A DNA stretch of 64,000 nucleotides from an uncultured bacterium (lineage in GTDB: Bacteria > Actinomycetota > Acidimicrobiia > Spongiisociales > UBA5794), in NCBI GenBank assembly GCA_963801165.1, contig CAWDDT010000013.1, forward strand, positions 96,001-160,000, given 5' to 3'. The position numbers were made by a program, and so were the translations under genes. Below are positions 1 through 10,671 of the stretch, piece by piece. The notes under the pieces are model-generated. The model was not told the origin of the DNA. It did no database searches and worked only from the letters and a program-made list of their open reading frames with translations. How positions within the stretch are numbered: position 1 is the stretch's first letter; each line of letters begins with the position of its first letter.

Positions 1-1
1 G

Positions 2-1076
2 TTGACGGTAATCGCAATCAGCAAGATCGTGACGGCGGCGATCACCCACGGTGGCGGTGGCAGCGTCGGCGCTTTCATGCCATCGATGGTCATCGGTGGC
101 ACCATCGGAGCGGGCTTTGCGCTCGTCGCCGCCCACTTCTGGACGTCATCGGTCGTGTACCCCGGTGCCTATGCCCTCATCGGCATGGCGGCGATGCTCA
201 CCGTTGTGGTGCGGGCACCGCTGACGGCGATCCTGCTCGTGTTCGAGCTCACCGGCTCATACGGGATGGTGGTTCCGCTGATGCTGGCCTCGATCATCGC
301 GACCATCATCGCCGACCGGATCCACCCTGGAAGCACCTACATATCGGCGTTGCGCACGAAGGGGATCCACCTCCCCCAGCATGAGGACCGCGACGTGCTC
401 GACACCGTGCAGGTCCGCGATGTGATGGCGTGGGTGCCGACGGTCAGCTCGACCTCGAGCGTTGCCGAGCTCCAAGCGCTGCTGGCCGAGACGAGCCACC
501 ACGGTGTCCCGGTTGTCGACGCCACGGAAGCACTCGTCGGCATCGTCACTGTGTCGGACGTCGAAGCGATGTCGTTGATGGACGACACCACCGAAATCCC
601 GGTGGCGTCGATCATGACCCACCAGCCGATCTCGGCGTCTCCCGCCATGCCGGTGTCGGCTGCACTGGCCAGGATGGCCTCGCTGGGTCTGGGCCGCCTC
701 CCCGTCGTCGACGAGACCGGCAAGCTCGTCGGGATGTTCCGTCGCGAGTCGGTCGTACGCGCCTACCACCACGCGCTCGACGCGGTCAACGAGCAACGAG
801 CTGTACCGGGCGCGGGTCAACCTGCGCACAAATCGTCATGCCGACTTCTTCGAGGTCACCGTGCGCGACGGATCGCCGGTGGCCGACAAGATGGTGCGTG
901 AGATCTCCTGGCCACCGGAGGCGACGCTCGTTTCGATCCGGCGTCAGCAGAGCGTGATCATCCCGCATGGCGAAACGGTTGTCCGAATGGGTGACGAGCT
1001 CACGATCTTCTGCCAGGTGCCCAACCGAACGGCCGTCCGCAACATGATCCGACCCCCGGTGATCGGGGATAAGTGA
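2..1076 (+). CDS. ClC-family chloride channel/antiporter, C-terminal part with CBS pair and TrkA-C (RCK_C) domain; 5'-truncated by the window and frameshifted near 788-800
   Basis: GGSVGAFMPSMVIGG and RAPLTAILLVFELTGSY ClC motifs; two CBS repeats. The TrkA-C-like segment (FFEVTVRDGSPVADKMVREISWPPEATLVSIRR...IIPHGETVVRMGDEL) continues in the +1 frame to the stop at 1076. Confidence 0.85.
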
Positions 1077-1110
1077 GATCCCATCCGGTCCGAGATCCCA
1101 TCCGGTTCGC

Positions 1111-2256
1111 TCACCACTCTCCCAGCAGCTCACGGGCTACCGCATCGGTAAGCAGGGGGTTGGGTACGACCAGCCGATCACCGGCGAGCGTCACAACACC
1201 GGCGTCGAGGAGACGCCGCCCGGGTGCCGCGTCGAGGAACCGACGCCCCAGCTCACCCGCACGCACCCCGGCGCTGCGACGAAGACCGACGAAGAGACGC
1301 TCCCTTTCCATTTCGACGCCGGTGAGCATCTCGGTGCCGGCGATGGGTCGCAGCCCGGCTTCGATTGACTCGAGATACCGGTCGAGCCGGCGTACGTTGC
1401 GCGACCGAACTCCATCCCGGAACCCGTGGGCACCGGTGCCGAAGGCCACGTACTCGCCGTGCGCCCAGGTCGTCTGGTTGTAGCGGCAGGTATGGCCGGG
1501 TCGGGCCCAGTTCGACACTTCGTAGCGGACCAGCCCTGCGGACGGGGCAAGGGCGGCGAAGTGCTCGTACTTGTCGGCCTGGTCGTCGTTGTCCGGGCCC
1601 GGGGCACCGGCATCCACCGCCCGCGATAGCTCGGTGCCCCGCTCGACGGTGAGCGCATATGTCGATACGTGATCCGGCTCCAGCTCGAGCGCACTCGCGA
1701 CGGTGCCTGCCCAGGACGCGACAGACTCAACCGGCGACCCGAAGATCAGGTCGATGTTCGTCGAGGGGATCCCCGCGTGCCTGGCGGCCATGACGGCCCG
1801 AGCCCCCTGCCCGGGCGTGTGCCGGCGGCCGAGATAGCGCAGCACATCTTCATCGAACGACTGCACGCCGAGCGAGACCCGGTTGACCCCGGCTCCCGCC
1901 AGCGCGACCGCATACTCGCTGTTCCAGTCCTCGGGATTCGCTTCGATGCTCACCTCCGCCCCCGGAACAAGCCCGAAGCGATCGGCGACGGCATCGAGCA
2001 GCGACGCTATCTGGCGTGGTTCGAGGGCGGAGGGGGTACCGCCGCCCAGATTCACTGCATGCAAAGGCCCCCACTCCGGTTCCATCTTTATCTCGTCCCG
2101 CAGCGCACTGACATACCGGTCGAAATCGTTTGAGCCTCGCGATAGGTCGACCACTGCAAAGTCGCAGTACGGACACTTGCGCCTGCAGAACGGGATGTGG
2201 AGATAGGCGGCTCGCTCGGTGGCGGCGGCGTCGACCGGGTGCCGCCCGCTATTCAT
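1111..2256 (-). CDS. hemW: Radical SAM heme chaperone HemW (HemN-like)
   Basis: [16 protein letters not shown] CxxxCxxC motif, [21 protein letters not shown]; directly downstream of lepA. Confidence 0.92.
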   Translation of the reverse strand: MNSGRHPVDAAATERAAYLHIPFCRRKCPYCDFAVVDLSRGSNDFDRYVSALRDEIKMEPEWGPLHAVNLGGGTPSALEPRQIASLLDAVADRFGLVPGAEVSIEANPEDWNSEYAVALAGAGVNRVSLGVQSFDEDVLRYLGRRHTPGQGARAVMAARHAGIPSTNIDLIFGSPVESVASWAGTVASALELEPDHVSTYALTVERGTELSRAVDAGAPGPDNDDQADKYEHFAALAPSAGLVRYEVSNWARPGHTCRYNQTTWAHGEYVAFGTGAHGFRDGVRSRNVRRLDRYLESIEAGLRPIAGTEMLTGVEMERERLFVGLRRSAGVRAGELGRRFLDAAPGRRLLDAGVVTLAGDRLVVPNPLLTDAVARELLGEW

Positions 2257-4051
2257 CTATGCGCAGCGCAGAGATGAAGGCCTCCTGGGGAACCTCCACC
2301 TGACCCACCATCTTCATCCGCCGTTTGCCTTCCTTCTGCCGTTCGAGCAGCTTGCGTTTCCGGGTGATGTCACCCCCGTAGCACTTGGCCGTCACGTCCT
2401 TGCGCTGGGCCTTGATCGTCTCTCTCGCAATGATCCTGCTCCCGACCGCAGCCTGGATCGGTACGTCGAAGAGTTGCCTCGGAATGAGCTGACGCAAACG
2501 CTCCACCATGGCCTTGCCGTACCGGTACGACCTCTCCCTGTGGACTATCGACGAGAACGCATCGACCGGTATGCCGTTGAGCAAGATGTTGACCCGAACC
2601 AGATCGGACGTCCGGTAGTCGCCCGGCTCGTAATCCATCGACGCGTACCCGCGGGTCCGCGACTTGAGCTGGTCGAAGAAGTCGAAGACGATCTCAGCCA
2701 GCGGCACCTTGTAGTGCAGCTCGACCCGTTCGGGGGTCAGATACGTCATGTCGCCCATCTCGCCACGTCGCTGCTGGATGAGCTCCATGACGGTGCCAAC
2801 GTACTGTGCCGGCGTGATGATCATGACCTTGACGTACGGTTCCGCGATGCTCTCGAGAACCTGTGGTCCCGGCAGGTCCTGCGGGGACCGAATCTGGAGC
2901 GTCGCGCCGTCGGTGAGATGTGCCTGGTATTCCACAGAGGGGGCGGTCGACACCAGGTCGAGGTCGTACTCGCGCTCCAGACGCTCCCTGACGATCTCCA
3001 TGTGGAGCAGACCGAGGAACCCGCAGCGGAACCCGAAGCCCAATGCACGTGAGGTCTCGGGCTGGTAGACGAGGGAGGAGTCGTTGAGCCGTAGCTTCTC
3101 GAGCGCTTCTCGTAGCCGCTCGAAGTCATCGCCGTCGGTCGGGAACAGGCCCGAGAACACCATCGGCTTCGGCTCCTGGTAGCCGGGCAGCGCCTTGTCG
3201 GCATGCTCGGCGACCCCGGTAACCGTATCGCCAACCCTGATCAGGTCGATCTCCTTCACGCCGGTGATCAGGAAACCTACCTCGCCGGTCGTGAGTCGCT
3301 TCACCGGTATTGGGCGGGGCGTGAGCACGCCGATCTCCTCGGACGACTCGACGAGGTCTGCGGCCATGAACCGGATCTGCTGATCGACCTCCATTTCGCC
3401 ATCAACGATACGGACCGAGCAGACCACCCCCCGATAGGTGTCGTAGTGGCTATCGAACACGAGCGAGCGCAGCGGGCCGCCGGGATCTCCAGCGGGAGGC
3501 GGCAGCTTGGCCACGATCGCCTCGAGAAGATCGGCCACACCCTCGCCGCTTTTCGCCGACACCCGGATGACGTCATCTTCGGACCCGCCCACGATCCCGA
3601 TCAACTCGGCCGCCACCCGATCCGGGTCGGCCGAGGGAAGATCGATCTTGTTGACCACGGGGATGATCTCGAGCCCGTTTTCGATTGCCAGGTATGCGTT
3701 TGCGAGCGTCTGCGCCTCGACACCCTGCGCCGCGTCGACCAGCAGGAGGGCCCCTTCGCAAGCCGCCAGGCTGCGCGACACCTCATACGAGAAGTCCACA
3801 TGCCCGGGTGTGTCTATCAGGTTCAGTGTGTAGGTATGGCCGTCCCTGGCCCGGTACTGGAGACGCACGGCGTTTGCCTTGATGGTGATGCCGCGTTCTC
3901 GCTCCAGATCCATGGTGTCGAGAAGTTGCTCTCGCATGTCCCGCGCCTCGACAGCGCCGGTCGCTTCGAGAAGACGATCGGCCAGAGTCGACTTGCCGTG
4001 GTCGATGTGCGCAATGATCGAGAAGTTGCGAATGCGCGATTGGTCAGTCAT
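2249..4051 (-). CDS. lepA: Elongation factor 4 LepA
   Basis: [43 protein letters not shown]; start placed at ATG 4051 ([10 protein letters not shown]). Confidence 0.98.
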   Translation of the reverse strand: MTDQSRIRNFSIIAHIDHGKSTLADRLLEATGAVEARDMREQLLDTMDLERERGITIKANAVRLQYRARDGHTYTLNLIDTPGHVDFSYEVSRSLAACEGALLLVDAAQGVEAQTLANAYLAIENGLEIIPVVNKIDLPSADPDRVAAELIGIVGGSEDDVIRVSAKSGEGVADLLEAIVAKLPPPAGDPGGPLRSLVFDSHYDTYRGVVCSVRIVDGEMEVDQQIRFMAADLVESSEEIGVLTPRPIPVKRLTTGEVGFLITGVKEIDLIRVGDTVTGVAEHADKALPGYQEPKPMVFSGLFPTDGDDFERLREALEKLRLNDSSLVYQPETSRALGFGFRCGFLGLLHMEIVRERLEREYDLDLVSTAPSVEYQAHLTDGATLQIRSPQDLPGPQVLESIAEPYVKVMIITPAQYVGTVMELIQQRRGEMGDMTYLTPERVELHYKVPLAEIVFDFFDQLKSRTRGYASMDYEPGDYRTSDLVRVNILLNGIPVDAFSSIVHRERSYRYGKAMVERLRQLIPRQLFDVPIQAAVGSRIIARETIKAQRKDVTAKCYGGDITRKRKLLERQKEGKRRMKMVGQVEVPQEAFISALRIDE

Positions 4052-4158
4052 GGATTCCTGGGGTCGCACGGCGAGCTGAGGGGAGCGGGCATTGTACCTG
4101 TTCAGCGGTGCTGCTATTGTTCCGGCGTTCCTCCCAAACCTCAGAGGTCTTTTTTCGC

Positions 4159-4425
4159 ATGGCCAACATCGAATCACAAAAGAAACGCAACCGGCAGAAC
4201 GAGATTGCACGTCTTCGCAACCGTGGGATGCGATCCGAGCTCAAGACTCGTGCCCGCACCACCCTCGAAGCCGCCGGAGCAGGCGATGCCGAGGCTGCCG
4301 AGACCGCACTGCGCCAGGCGCAGCGGCGCATCGACATGGCTGCCAGCAAGGGACTCCTTCACAAGAGGACCGCGGCCCGTCGCAAGTCTCGTCTTGCCAA
4401 GCAGGTTGCCAAGAGCCGCGACTGA
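4159..4425 (+). CDS. rpsT: 30S ribosomal protein S20
   Basis: [15 protein letters not shown]...[16 protein letters not shown]; divergent from lepA. Confidence 0.96.
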   Translation: MANIESQKKRNRQNEIARLRNRGMRSELKTRARTTLEAAGAGDAEAAETALRQAQRRIDMAASKGLLHKRTAARRKSRLAKQVAKSRD

Positions 4426-4435
4426 CTCGACATCT

Positions 4436-4909
4436 ATGAGTGAGACAACCTGGCTGACACCGGCCGCTCATGCCAAGCTGGTGGAAGAATTCGAACACCT
4501 GACCACCGACGGTCGCATTGCGATCGAGAAGCGGATCGCTGAAGCGCGCGAGCACGGCGATCTGCGCGAGAACGCTGAATACGACACGGCCAAGAACGAC
4601 CAGGGTCTCATGGAGGCCCGGATCCGTCAGATCAAGCACATCCTCGAGAACTCCGAGGTGCGCAGCGCCGAGGACTCCGGAAAAGTGGAGGTCGGCACCG
4701 TGGTCACGGTTGTGGACGAAGACGGCGATGAGATGGACTATTTCATCGCCCCGGCTGAGAACAAGGTGGCCGGATTCATCCTCGCCTCACCGACCAGCCC
4801 GGTCGGCTCGGCGTTGCTCGGCGCGGTACCGGGAGACACCCGGTCCTACCAGGCCCCGGGCGGCACGTTCACCATGACGGTCAAGAGCGTCCGCGTCTTC
4901 GATGGCTAG
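4436..4909 (+). CDS. greA: Transcription elongation factor GreA
   Basis: IAEAREHGDLRENAEYDTAK and SPTSPVGSALLG motifs; true start ATG 4436 lies inside the long track ORF 3203..4909. Confidence 0.95.
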   Translation: MSETTWLTPAAHAKLVEEFEHLTTDGRIAIEKRIAEAREHGDLRENAEYDTAKNDQGLMEARIRQIKHILENSEVRSAEDSGKVEVGTVVTVVDEDGDEMDYFIAPAENKVAGFILASPTSPVGSALLGAVPGDTRSYQAPGGTFTMTVKSVRVFDG

Positions 4910-4975
4910 TGACTCGAACGGCATCGTTGCCGAGTTCGGCGAACTAGTCACGAGGGATCATTCCACAATAACCCT

Positions 4976-5002
4976 TTAACCACCGCGTCGAACTGCCGAC
5001 AG
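4976..5002 (+). promoter_or_regulatory. Putative sigma28 (FliA/WhiG)-type promoter TTAAC-N14-GCCGACAG
   Basis: Resembles TAAA-N15-GCCGATAA; about 35 nt upstream of the pilin-like gene; same core recurs at 25999-26025 (-). Confidence 0.5.
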
Positions 5003-5037
5003 GTCTCCTGAGAAGACATCACGATACAGGTGGCCTC

Positions 5038-5646
5038 ATGACACGGTTCCTCCATAGGCTACGCAGCCAAACCGGCGCATCCCTCGTTGAGTACGCCCTG
5101 ATCGCATCGCTCGTGCTTCTCCCTTCGGTTGCCGCGATGAACGCCATCGCCAGCACCATGAACACCCAGTTCGACAACATCGAGGACAACGCCGCCAGCG
5201 CCGGTCACGGCACGACAACGACCCTGGGCGCGGGGACCACGACGAGCACCAGCACTACGTCGGCTCCGAGCAGCACCACCTCGACGACCACCACTACAAC
5301 GACCACCCTGCCGCCGACGACCACCACCACTACAACGACCCTGCCGCCGACGACCACCACCACTACAACGACCCTGCCGCCGACGACCACCACCACTACG
5401 ACGACGACAACCGCCGCCCCCAACCAGGAGCAGACGGTGAGCACCTCGGCAGGGGCCTTCACCATCAAAGTCGTCAACGGCACGATCACGCTGGCGGACT
5501 ACAGCCTCAACTGGGGCTGGACCGGCAGCTACTACTACCAGACCGACGGCACGATGGTCATCAACCTGTACCGCAACTACGGCGGTCACGTCACGGTAAA
5601 GTCGTGGCTCGACAGCTACGGCACCCTCCATATCGACACCTGGTAG
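5038..5646 (+). CDS. Flp/Tad-type prepilin N-terminus fused to a Thr/Pro-rich stalk and small aromatic-rich C-terminal domain
   Basis: G|ASLVEYALI cleavage/Flp motif followed by a hydrophobic helix, then (TLPPTTTTTTT)x3 and a beta-rich C-terminus. Confidence 0.7.
   Translation: MTRFLHRLRSQTGASLVEYALIASLVLLPSVAAMNAIASTMNTQFDNIEDNAASAGHGTTTTLGAGTTTSTSTTSAPSSTTSTTTTTTTTLPPTTTTTTTTLPPTTTTTTTTLPPTTTTTTTTTTAAPNQEQTVSTSAGAFTIKVVNGTITLADYSLNWGWTGSYYYQTDGTMVINLYRNYGGHVTVKSWLDSYGTLHIDTW
5305..5403 (+). repeat. 33-bp intragenic tandem repeat x3 encoding TLPPTTTTTTT
   Basis: accctgccgccgacgaccaccaccactacaacg at 5305 and 5338; near-identical copy at 5371. Confidence 0.9.
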
Positions 5647-5649
5647 CCG

Positions 5650-6636
5650 TTACCGGCGCCGCCCCCCGTACCAGCGGCACATCGCCACGGTCAGCCGTTC
5701 CATGGTCACCCGATGAGTCGTTTCTGGTGCGGTCTTGAGTTGCAGATCGGCTCGCGCCAGGGCACCGAGAGCCAGCTTCAGGTCCGACCCGCGGATCCTG
5801 CTGCGTTGCTTCCACACCTTCTCCATCCCCCAGCCGGCCCTCCCTCCATCCCACTCGAGAAAAGTCTCATAGTCGGGGGCAGCCGCCGCCAGCGCCCGCC
5901 GTCTCACATCGTTCTGCAGAAACGCCAGCAGCTGCAATGGGTGGCTGTGCTCGAGGAAGTCCGCCAGCCGGCGCAGGGCGTCCCCCTGGTTCCCCCCGAC
6001 CACCGCATCTGCGTAGTGCCACATGGGCTCGTCGGGACGGTTCTTGAAACGGCTGCGTACCAGGTCGGCGTCGATATCCGGGCCCTCCACCGCCAGCTGG
6101 TCGAGGGCCTGGCCCAGGGCAGCAACATCGGTCCCGAACCGCTGCAGGAGGATCGACGTTGCCTCGGAATCCATCCTGAGGCCACGATCGCGGGTGGCAC
6201 GTCCCAGCCACTCCCCGGCAGTGCGCTCATTGATGCGCTTCACCTCGATCGTCTCTCCACGCTTTCGCAACAGCGACCCCAGCGGGGCGGGAATCGAACC
6301 GGCGGCCAAGAACACGGCGACGGCCTCGGTGGACATCTCCAGCAGTTCGGCGATAACGGTCGCCTCGGCCTTCAGCAGCGCCTGCGCATCCACGACCAGC
6401 ACCCCGGCGGCGCCGCCGAACAGCGAACCACTCTGCAGGGCAGGGACGATCTCCTGGACCGCCACCCGCATTGTGGCGTCCTCACCGTCGCCGGTGGCAC
6501 CCTTGGCGGGGACATCGATGCGGATCGGGTCGTCGACTCCGAGCTGACTCAGCGCCCGGGCCGCTTGCTCCATCATGATGTCGCGCTCGCCCGGCCCCAT
6601 CTCTCTCGGCCCGGCAATGACGACCAGTGGCTTCAT
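5650..6636 (-). CDS. holA: DNA polymerase III delta subunit
   Basis: LQSGSLFGG, ALARADLQLK; canonical comEA-comEC-holA order; start ATG 6636. Confidence 0.8.
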   Translation of the reverse strand: MKPLVVIAGPREMGPGERDIMMEQAARALSQLGVDDPIRIDVPAKGATGDGEDATMRVAVQEIVPALQSGSLFGGAAGVLVVDAQALLKAEATVIAELLEMSTEAVAVFLAAGSIPAPLGSLLRKRGETIEVKRINERTAGEWLGRATRDRGLRMDSEATSILLQRFGTDVAALGQALDQLAVEGPDIDADLVRSRFKNRPDEPMWHYADAVVGGNQGDALRRLADFLEHSHPLQLLAFLQNDVRRRALAAAAPDYETFLEWDGGRAGWGMEKVWKQRSRIRGSDLKLALGALARADLQLKTAPETTHRVTMERLTVAMCRWYGGRRR

Positions 6637-6671
6637 GGCGCCGAGCGTAGCTGGCACAGGTGACACGAGTG

Positions 6672-8750
6672 TCAACCCAGGGGAATGACGATGTCGCCCA
6701 GATCCCAGGTGGTGAGTACCCGGGCCCCGCTCGTCTCGAGAACGGCCAGTGTCTCCGGTGCCGGGTGGCCGTACGTGTTGGGCCCGACGCTGATGACGGC
6801 CACCGGGCCGACCGTCTCTGCCAGCCACTCCGGGTCCGTGGTCGCCGCCCCGTGATGTGGCACCAGAAGTATGTCGGGATGCTGCGGCCCGATGGTCTTC
6901 TGTGCGGTCGCCTCCATGTCGCCGGGAAGGAGCACGGTGAGCCCGCCGCTGCTGACGAACAGGGCCACCGACCCGTCGTTGTCCGTTGCATAGCGACGGA
7001 CCGGGTTGAGAACGTCGAGCCGGAAATCCCCGATCCTGGCGCCGTCCCCCGCTTGCACGTGGTCCACAGGCACACCGTGCTCGACGGCGGCAGCGATGAT
7101 GTCGTCGAGTATCGCCCCCGTCGTTGCGAACTCGGGGACCCAGAGGCGACCGACGGTGATGGTGCCGGGAAGGTCGGCCAGCCCACCGACGTGGTCGGCA
7201 TCCCCATGTGACGCGACCACCAGGTCGATACGACCGATGCCGTAGCGGCGCAAGGCCTCGCGCAGAACCTGCGGCTCCCGCCCCCCGTCCATGAGCACCA
7301 CTGCTCCAGTCGGGTCGCGCAGCAGCACCGCATCACCCTGACCGACGTCGATGAACACTACGGTCGGTACCGGAGGGAGCCCGGGCGGCAACATCGCTAC
7401 GACCGCCACGATGATGACGACGACAGCGGCCGCCCATTTCACCTTCGCCCAACGCACTGCTCCCACGAGCACCGCCAGGCCGGCCGTCTGCGCGGCATCT
7501 AGCTGGGGCCACTCTCCCACCGTTCTCGCTACCTCGAGAATCCATCCGGCAACCAGGCCGGCGAGGCGAACGGGCACATCCCACCCGAGCACCGCGCCCA
7601 CGCCTGCGAACGCGGTCGCCGTGGTGACCAACGGTGCCGCGATCAGGTTGGCAACCGGCGCCAGGAGAGGCACAGTTCCGAAGTGCAGCAGCACCAGCGG
7701 GGCAACTGCCACCTGAGCCGACAGCGTTGCCGCAAGCAGGGTCCACACGAATTTTGGAGAGCGGCCGGGCCACAGCCTCGCTCCGACGAGGACACCAGCC
7801 GTTGCGGCCGCCGACAGTTGGAAGCCGACGTCGTAGCTCAAATCCCCCGACACTGCGAGCAAGATGGCGACCGCACCGCCCAGAGCTATCCATGCGTCTA
7901 CGACGATGCCGAGCGCACGCCCACCGAGAACGAGCGAGGCCATCGTCGCCGCACGGATCACCGACGGTTCCCATCGGGTGGCGACGACGAACACGGCGAG
8001 TACGACGAGACCGGTGACAGCCCTGATGCGGGTGCCGGCCCCGGTCGGCCCCAGCACCAACCACCAGGCACCAAGGACCAGAGCCACATTGCTGCCGGAG
8101 ACGGCGACGTAGTGGGTCAAGCCGGCCCGTCGTAGCGCTTCGGTGTCCGATCGCGGCAGATCGGCGACATCACCGATCAGGAACCCGCGCAGCAGCGCTG
8201 CCTCCGCCGACGCGCCGAGCGGTCCGATCTGTGTCTGCACGCGGCGCCTGATCGCGTTGCCGGCAACCATCACCGGCGACGACGACGCTCCCAGCACAGT
8301 GACGGATCGAGCCGCGATCGCCCCGGCGACCGGGTCACCGCGGATGAGATCCGGCTTCGGGCGCACCATACCCGAAACCGAAACGTGGTCTCCGGCGACG
8401 ACGTCGCCCACATCGGTGGTCACGGCAATCGCCGGACCTGCCCAGCTGCTCTCCGCCCACGCCGTCTCCCAGCCGACGGGATGGAGCACAAACCGGTACG
8501 ACGAGCCGTAGGGCATCGCATCGGTGACGGCCACACCGGTCAGGACTCCCCGTCCAGACGGCAAACCCGCCTCGAGCGTCGCGGTGCGCCGCTCCGCGGC
8601 CGCAACCCCCGAGAGCATCCCGACACCGAGCACCCCGATCAGCAACAGCACCCGGCTACGGCCGATGAGAGAGCCCGCCAGCCCGAGCCCGATCAGCGCC
8701 CACCCCACGCCTGGACCCAGAAACGCACCAGCCAGTGCTCCGACCCACAT
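6672..8750 (-). CDS. comEC: ComEC/Rec2 competence DNA channel with metallo-beta-lactamase domain (start may be upstream, ~8810)
   Basis: GLTHYVAVSGSNV, PSVIRA, GFQLS, DVGQGDA, SHGDADHVGG, VPHHG, NTYGHP. Confidence 0.93.
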   Translation of the reverse strand: MWVGALAGAFLGPGVGWALIGLGLAGSLIGRSRVLLLIGVLGVGMLSGVAAAERRTATLEAGLPSGRGVLTGVAVTDAMPYGSSYRFVLHPVGWETAWAESSWAGPAIAVTTDVGDVVAGDHVSVSGMVRPKPDLIRGDPVAGAIAARSVTVLGASSSPVMVAGNAIRRRVQTQIGPLGASAEAALLRGFLIGDVADLPRSDTEALRRAGLTHYVAVSGSNVALVLGAWWLVLGPTGAGTRIRAVTGLVVLAVFVVATRWEPSVIRAATMASLVLGGRALGIVVDAWIALGGAVAILLAVSGDLSYDVGFQLSAAATAGVLVGARLWPGRSPKFVWTLLAATLSAQVAVAPLVLLHFGTVPLLAPVANLIAAPLVTTATAFAGVGAVLGWDVPVRLAGLVAGWILEVARTVGEWPQLDAAQTAGLAVLVGAVRWAKVKWAAAVVVIIVAVVAMLPPGLPPVPTVVFIDVGQGDAVLLRDPTGAVVLMDGGREPQVLREALRRYGIGRIDLVVASHGDADHVGGLADLPGTITVGRLWVPEFATTGAILDDIIAAAVEHGVPVDHVQAGDGARIGDFRLDVLNPVRRYATDNDGSVALFVSSGGLTVLLPGDMEATAQKTIGPQHPDILLVPHHGAATTDPEWLAETVGPVAVISVGPNTYGHPAPETLAVLETSGARVLTTWDLGDIVIPLG

Positions 8751-8806
8751 GACGATCGCCGTGGCGACTACCGCCCGTGATCGACCCTGTGGCAGGTTGA
8801 GCCGGC

Positions 8807-9349
8807 TCAGGGTATCGCCACCGAGTCACGGAGCATCTCGAGCTTGCTCTCGCCGATCCCCGACACATCGAGAAGATCCTCGACCGAGTCGAACGGCCCA
8901 TTCTCATCACGAAACGCCGCAATCCGCTCGGCGAGCACCGGCCCGACACCGGGTAGCTGCTCCAGCTCCGACGGAGTTGCCGTGTTGATATGAATCTTTG
9001 CGTCCGTCACCGGTTCTGCTGTCGCGCCGCCCTCCTCGATACCGGGAATGACCACTTGCTGGCCGTCCTGAAGGGGCGCCGCCAGGTTCACCCGCTCCAG
9101 ATCGGCGTCCCTGGTGGTGCCACCAGCGGCGGCCACCGCATCTGCCAACCGTGAGCCTGCGCGCACCACAACGAGACCGGGAGCCATGACTTTGCCGGAG
9201 ATGTGCACCGTGATGCGGTCGTCGTTGGTCTCGGCCACCGTGTCGACAAACAGCGGCGCAGGCTCGGGTGTGCTCCGCCCATACCAGGCACGGGCGGCGA
9301 GCACCGCCAACACCAGAACGGCAACGGCAATCCAGTTTCGACCAGGCAA
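8807..9349 (-). CDS. comEA: ComEA DNA-binding protein (SLBB + HhH)
   Basis: N-terminal TM; VHISGKVMAPG; INTATPSELEQLPGVGPVLA; LLDVSGIG. Confidence 0.93.
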   Translation of the reverse strand: MPGRNWIAVAVLVLAVLAARAWYGRSTPEPAPLFVDTVAETNDDRITVHISGKVMAPGLVVVRAGSRLADAVAAAGGTTRDADLERVNLAAPLQDGQQVVIPGIEEGGATAEPVTDAKIHINTATPSELEQLPGVGPVLAERIAAFRDENGPFDSVEDLLDVSGIGESKLEMLRDSVAIP

Positions 9350-9439
9350 TGCGCCCCCATCACCGCCGCCGAACCTGCGCAGCTCAATACCTAGCAGCTA
9401 GGGACGATGGAGTGAAGGGCCTTGGAGAGCCCTTCCGCC

Positions 9440-10294
9440 TCACCCCGCAGCTTGTACTCGAAACAGGAAGGACACCCAGGACCGGTACGGCGACCAGTGC
9501 TCGGCCCGTACGGCGAGTGTGTTGACGGATGCGTCGGTGAGACCGTATGCGGAGCGCATCGCCCGGTGGAGGCGATGCTCGTGCCGCGGAAACACATCCG
9601 GGTGGCCGGCTCCCCTCACCAGGATCAGCTCCGCGGTGAACGGGCCTACTCCTTCGATCTCCCGGAGACGTGCGAGCGTCTCCTCGACACCGCTCGATCG
9701 CAGCCGACGGGAATCGAGCCGCCCGGCGAGGGCAGCACCCGCAACCGCCCGCAACCGTTCGATCTTGACCTGCGGGAGACCCGGGAAACTCTCCAGTTGC
9801 TCGAGACGACTCGGACCGGGAAATGCATACCCGTCCCCAATCCGGTCGCCGAGCTCACGCGCCATGTGCTTCTTGACCCGCGAAGCCGTGACCCTGGACG
9901 ACCTTTGCGAGATCACGCCCCAAACGGCAGCCTCGTAGGGAGTCCAGAAGCACACCGGTCGCAACCCCGGAAAGTCGGCCAGAATCGATCCGGCGATGGG
10001 GTCGCGGTCACCGACGTCGTCGAACCCTCTGGCGTCGACATCGAGCGACAGAACCCGAGCCACGTGTACGGCCACATCGTCTTGGTCCGCACTCCCGACA
10101 TACTCGAACTCGATGCCGTCGGCGCCCTGGACCGCGGTCACCCCGATCGGCTCCCACGAACTCTCCAGACACATCGACCAGCGCAATGTCGATCGCTGCC
10201 GATTCTCGCCTGCCGTTGGTGGCCAGCCTTCGAGGAATCGGATCGCAGCCCCCAGGTCGTAACGACCGCTCACCTCGAGAATATTGCCGCTCAT
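9440..10294 (-). CDS. alkA: DNA-3-methyladenine glycosylase II (AlkA family, HhH-GPD)
   Basis: PYEAAVWGVISQ, LREIEGVGPFTAELILVRG, WSPYRSW; start ATG 10294 overlaps the VOC stop. Confidence 0.8.
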   Translation of the reverse strand: MSGNILEVSGRYDLGAAIRFLEGWPPTAGENRQRSTLRWSMCLESSWEPIGVTAVQGADGIEFEYVGSADQDDVAVHVARVLSLDVDARGFDDVGDRDPIAGSILADFPGLRPVCFWTPYEAAVWGVISQRSSRVTASRVKKHMARELGDRIGDGYAFPGPSRLEQLESFPGLPQVKIERLRAVAGAALAGRLDSRRLRSSGVEETLARLREIEGVGPFTAELILVRGAGHPDVFPRHEHRLHRAMRSAYGLTDASVNTLAVRAEHWSPYRSWVSFLFRVQAAG

Positions 10295-10656
10295 CGAGTC
10301 TGATGAGCGACGATGGCGTACCCGTCGGGATCCAAGAATCCGAACTGGCGACCAAACGCTCCGTCTGAGACCGGCTGGGTGATCGTCGCCCCCGATGCGG
10401 TCACCCGGGGGAACAGCTCGCCGACGTCGTCGCACCCCACCCAGAGCACGATGCCCCAGCCGAGACGAGCGACCTGATCGAGGTCGACCAGAGGCTCCCT
10501 CACCGCAAACGGGATGGGTCGCGAGTCGAACACAACGGCGTGCTGCGGCCCGTCAGGGTTCACCTCCAGCCCGAGGACGTCCTCGTAAAAACCCCGGGAT
10601 TGTCCGAGATCACGCACCTGGATCGCAATGAAGTCGGGCCCGATTACTTTCGACAT
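10291..10656 (-). CDS. VOC/glyoxalase/bleomycin-resistance family protein
   Basis: IQVRDLGQSRGFYEDVLG ... FGRQFGFLDPDGY. Confidence 0.88.
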   Translation of the reverse strand: MSKVIGPDFIAIQVRDLGQSRGFYEDVLGLEVNPDGPQHAVVFDSRPIPFAVREPLVDLDQVARLGWGIVLWVGCDDVGELFPRVTASGATITQPVSDGAFGRQFGFLDPDGYAIVAHQTR

Positions 10657-10671
10657 TTGCAACGCTCCTTC

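Noticed and set aside
3203-4435. 568-aa ORF suggesting a long GreA fusion
   Set aside because: The upstream part is antisense to lepA and overlaps rpsT; only 4436-4909 resembles GreA.
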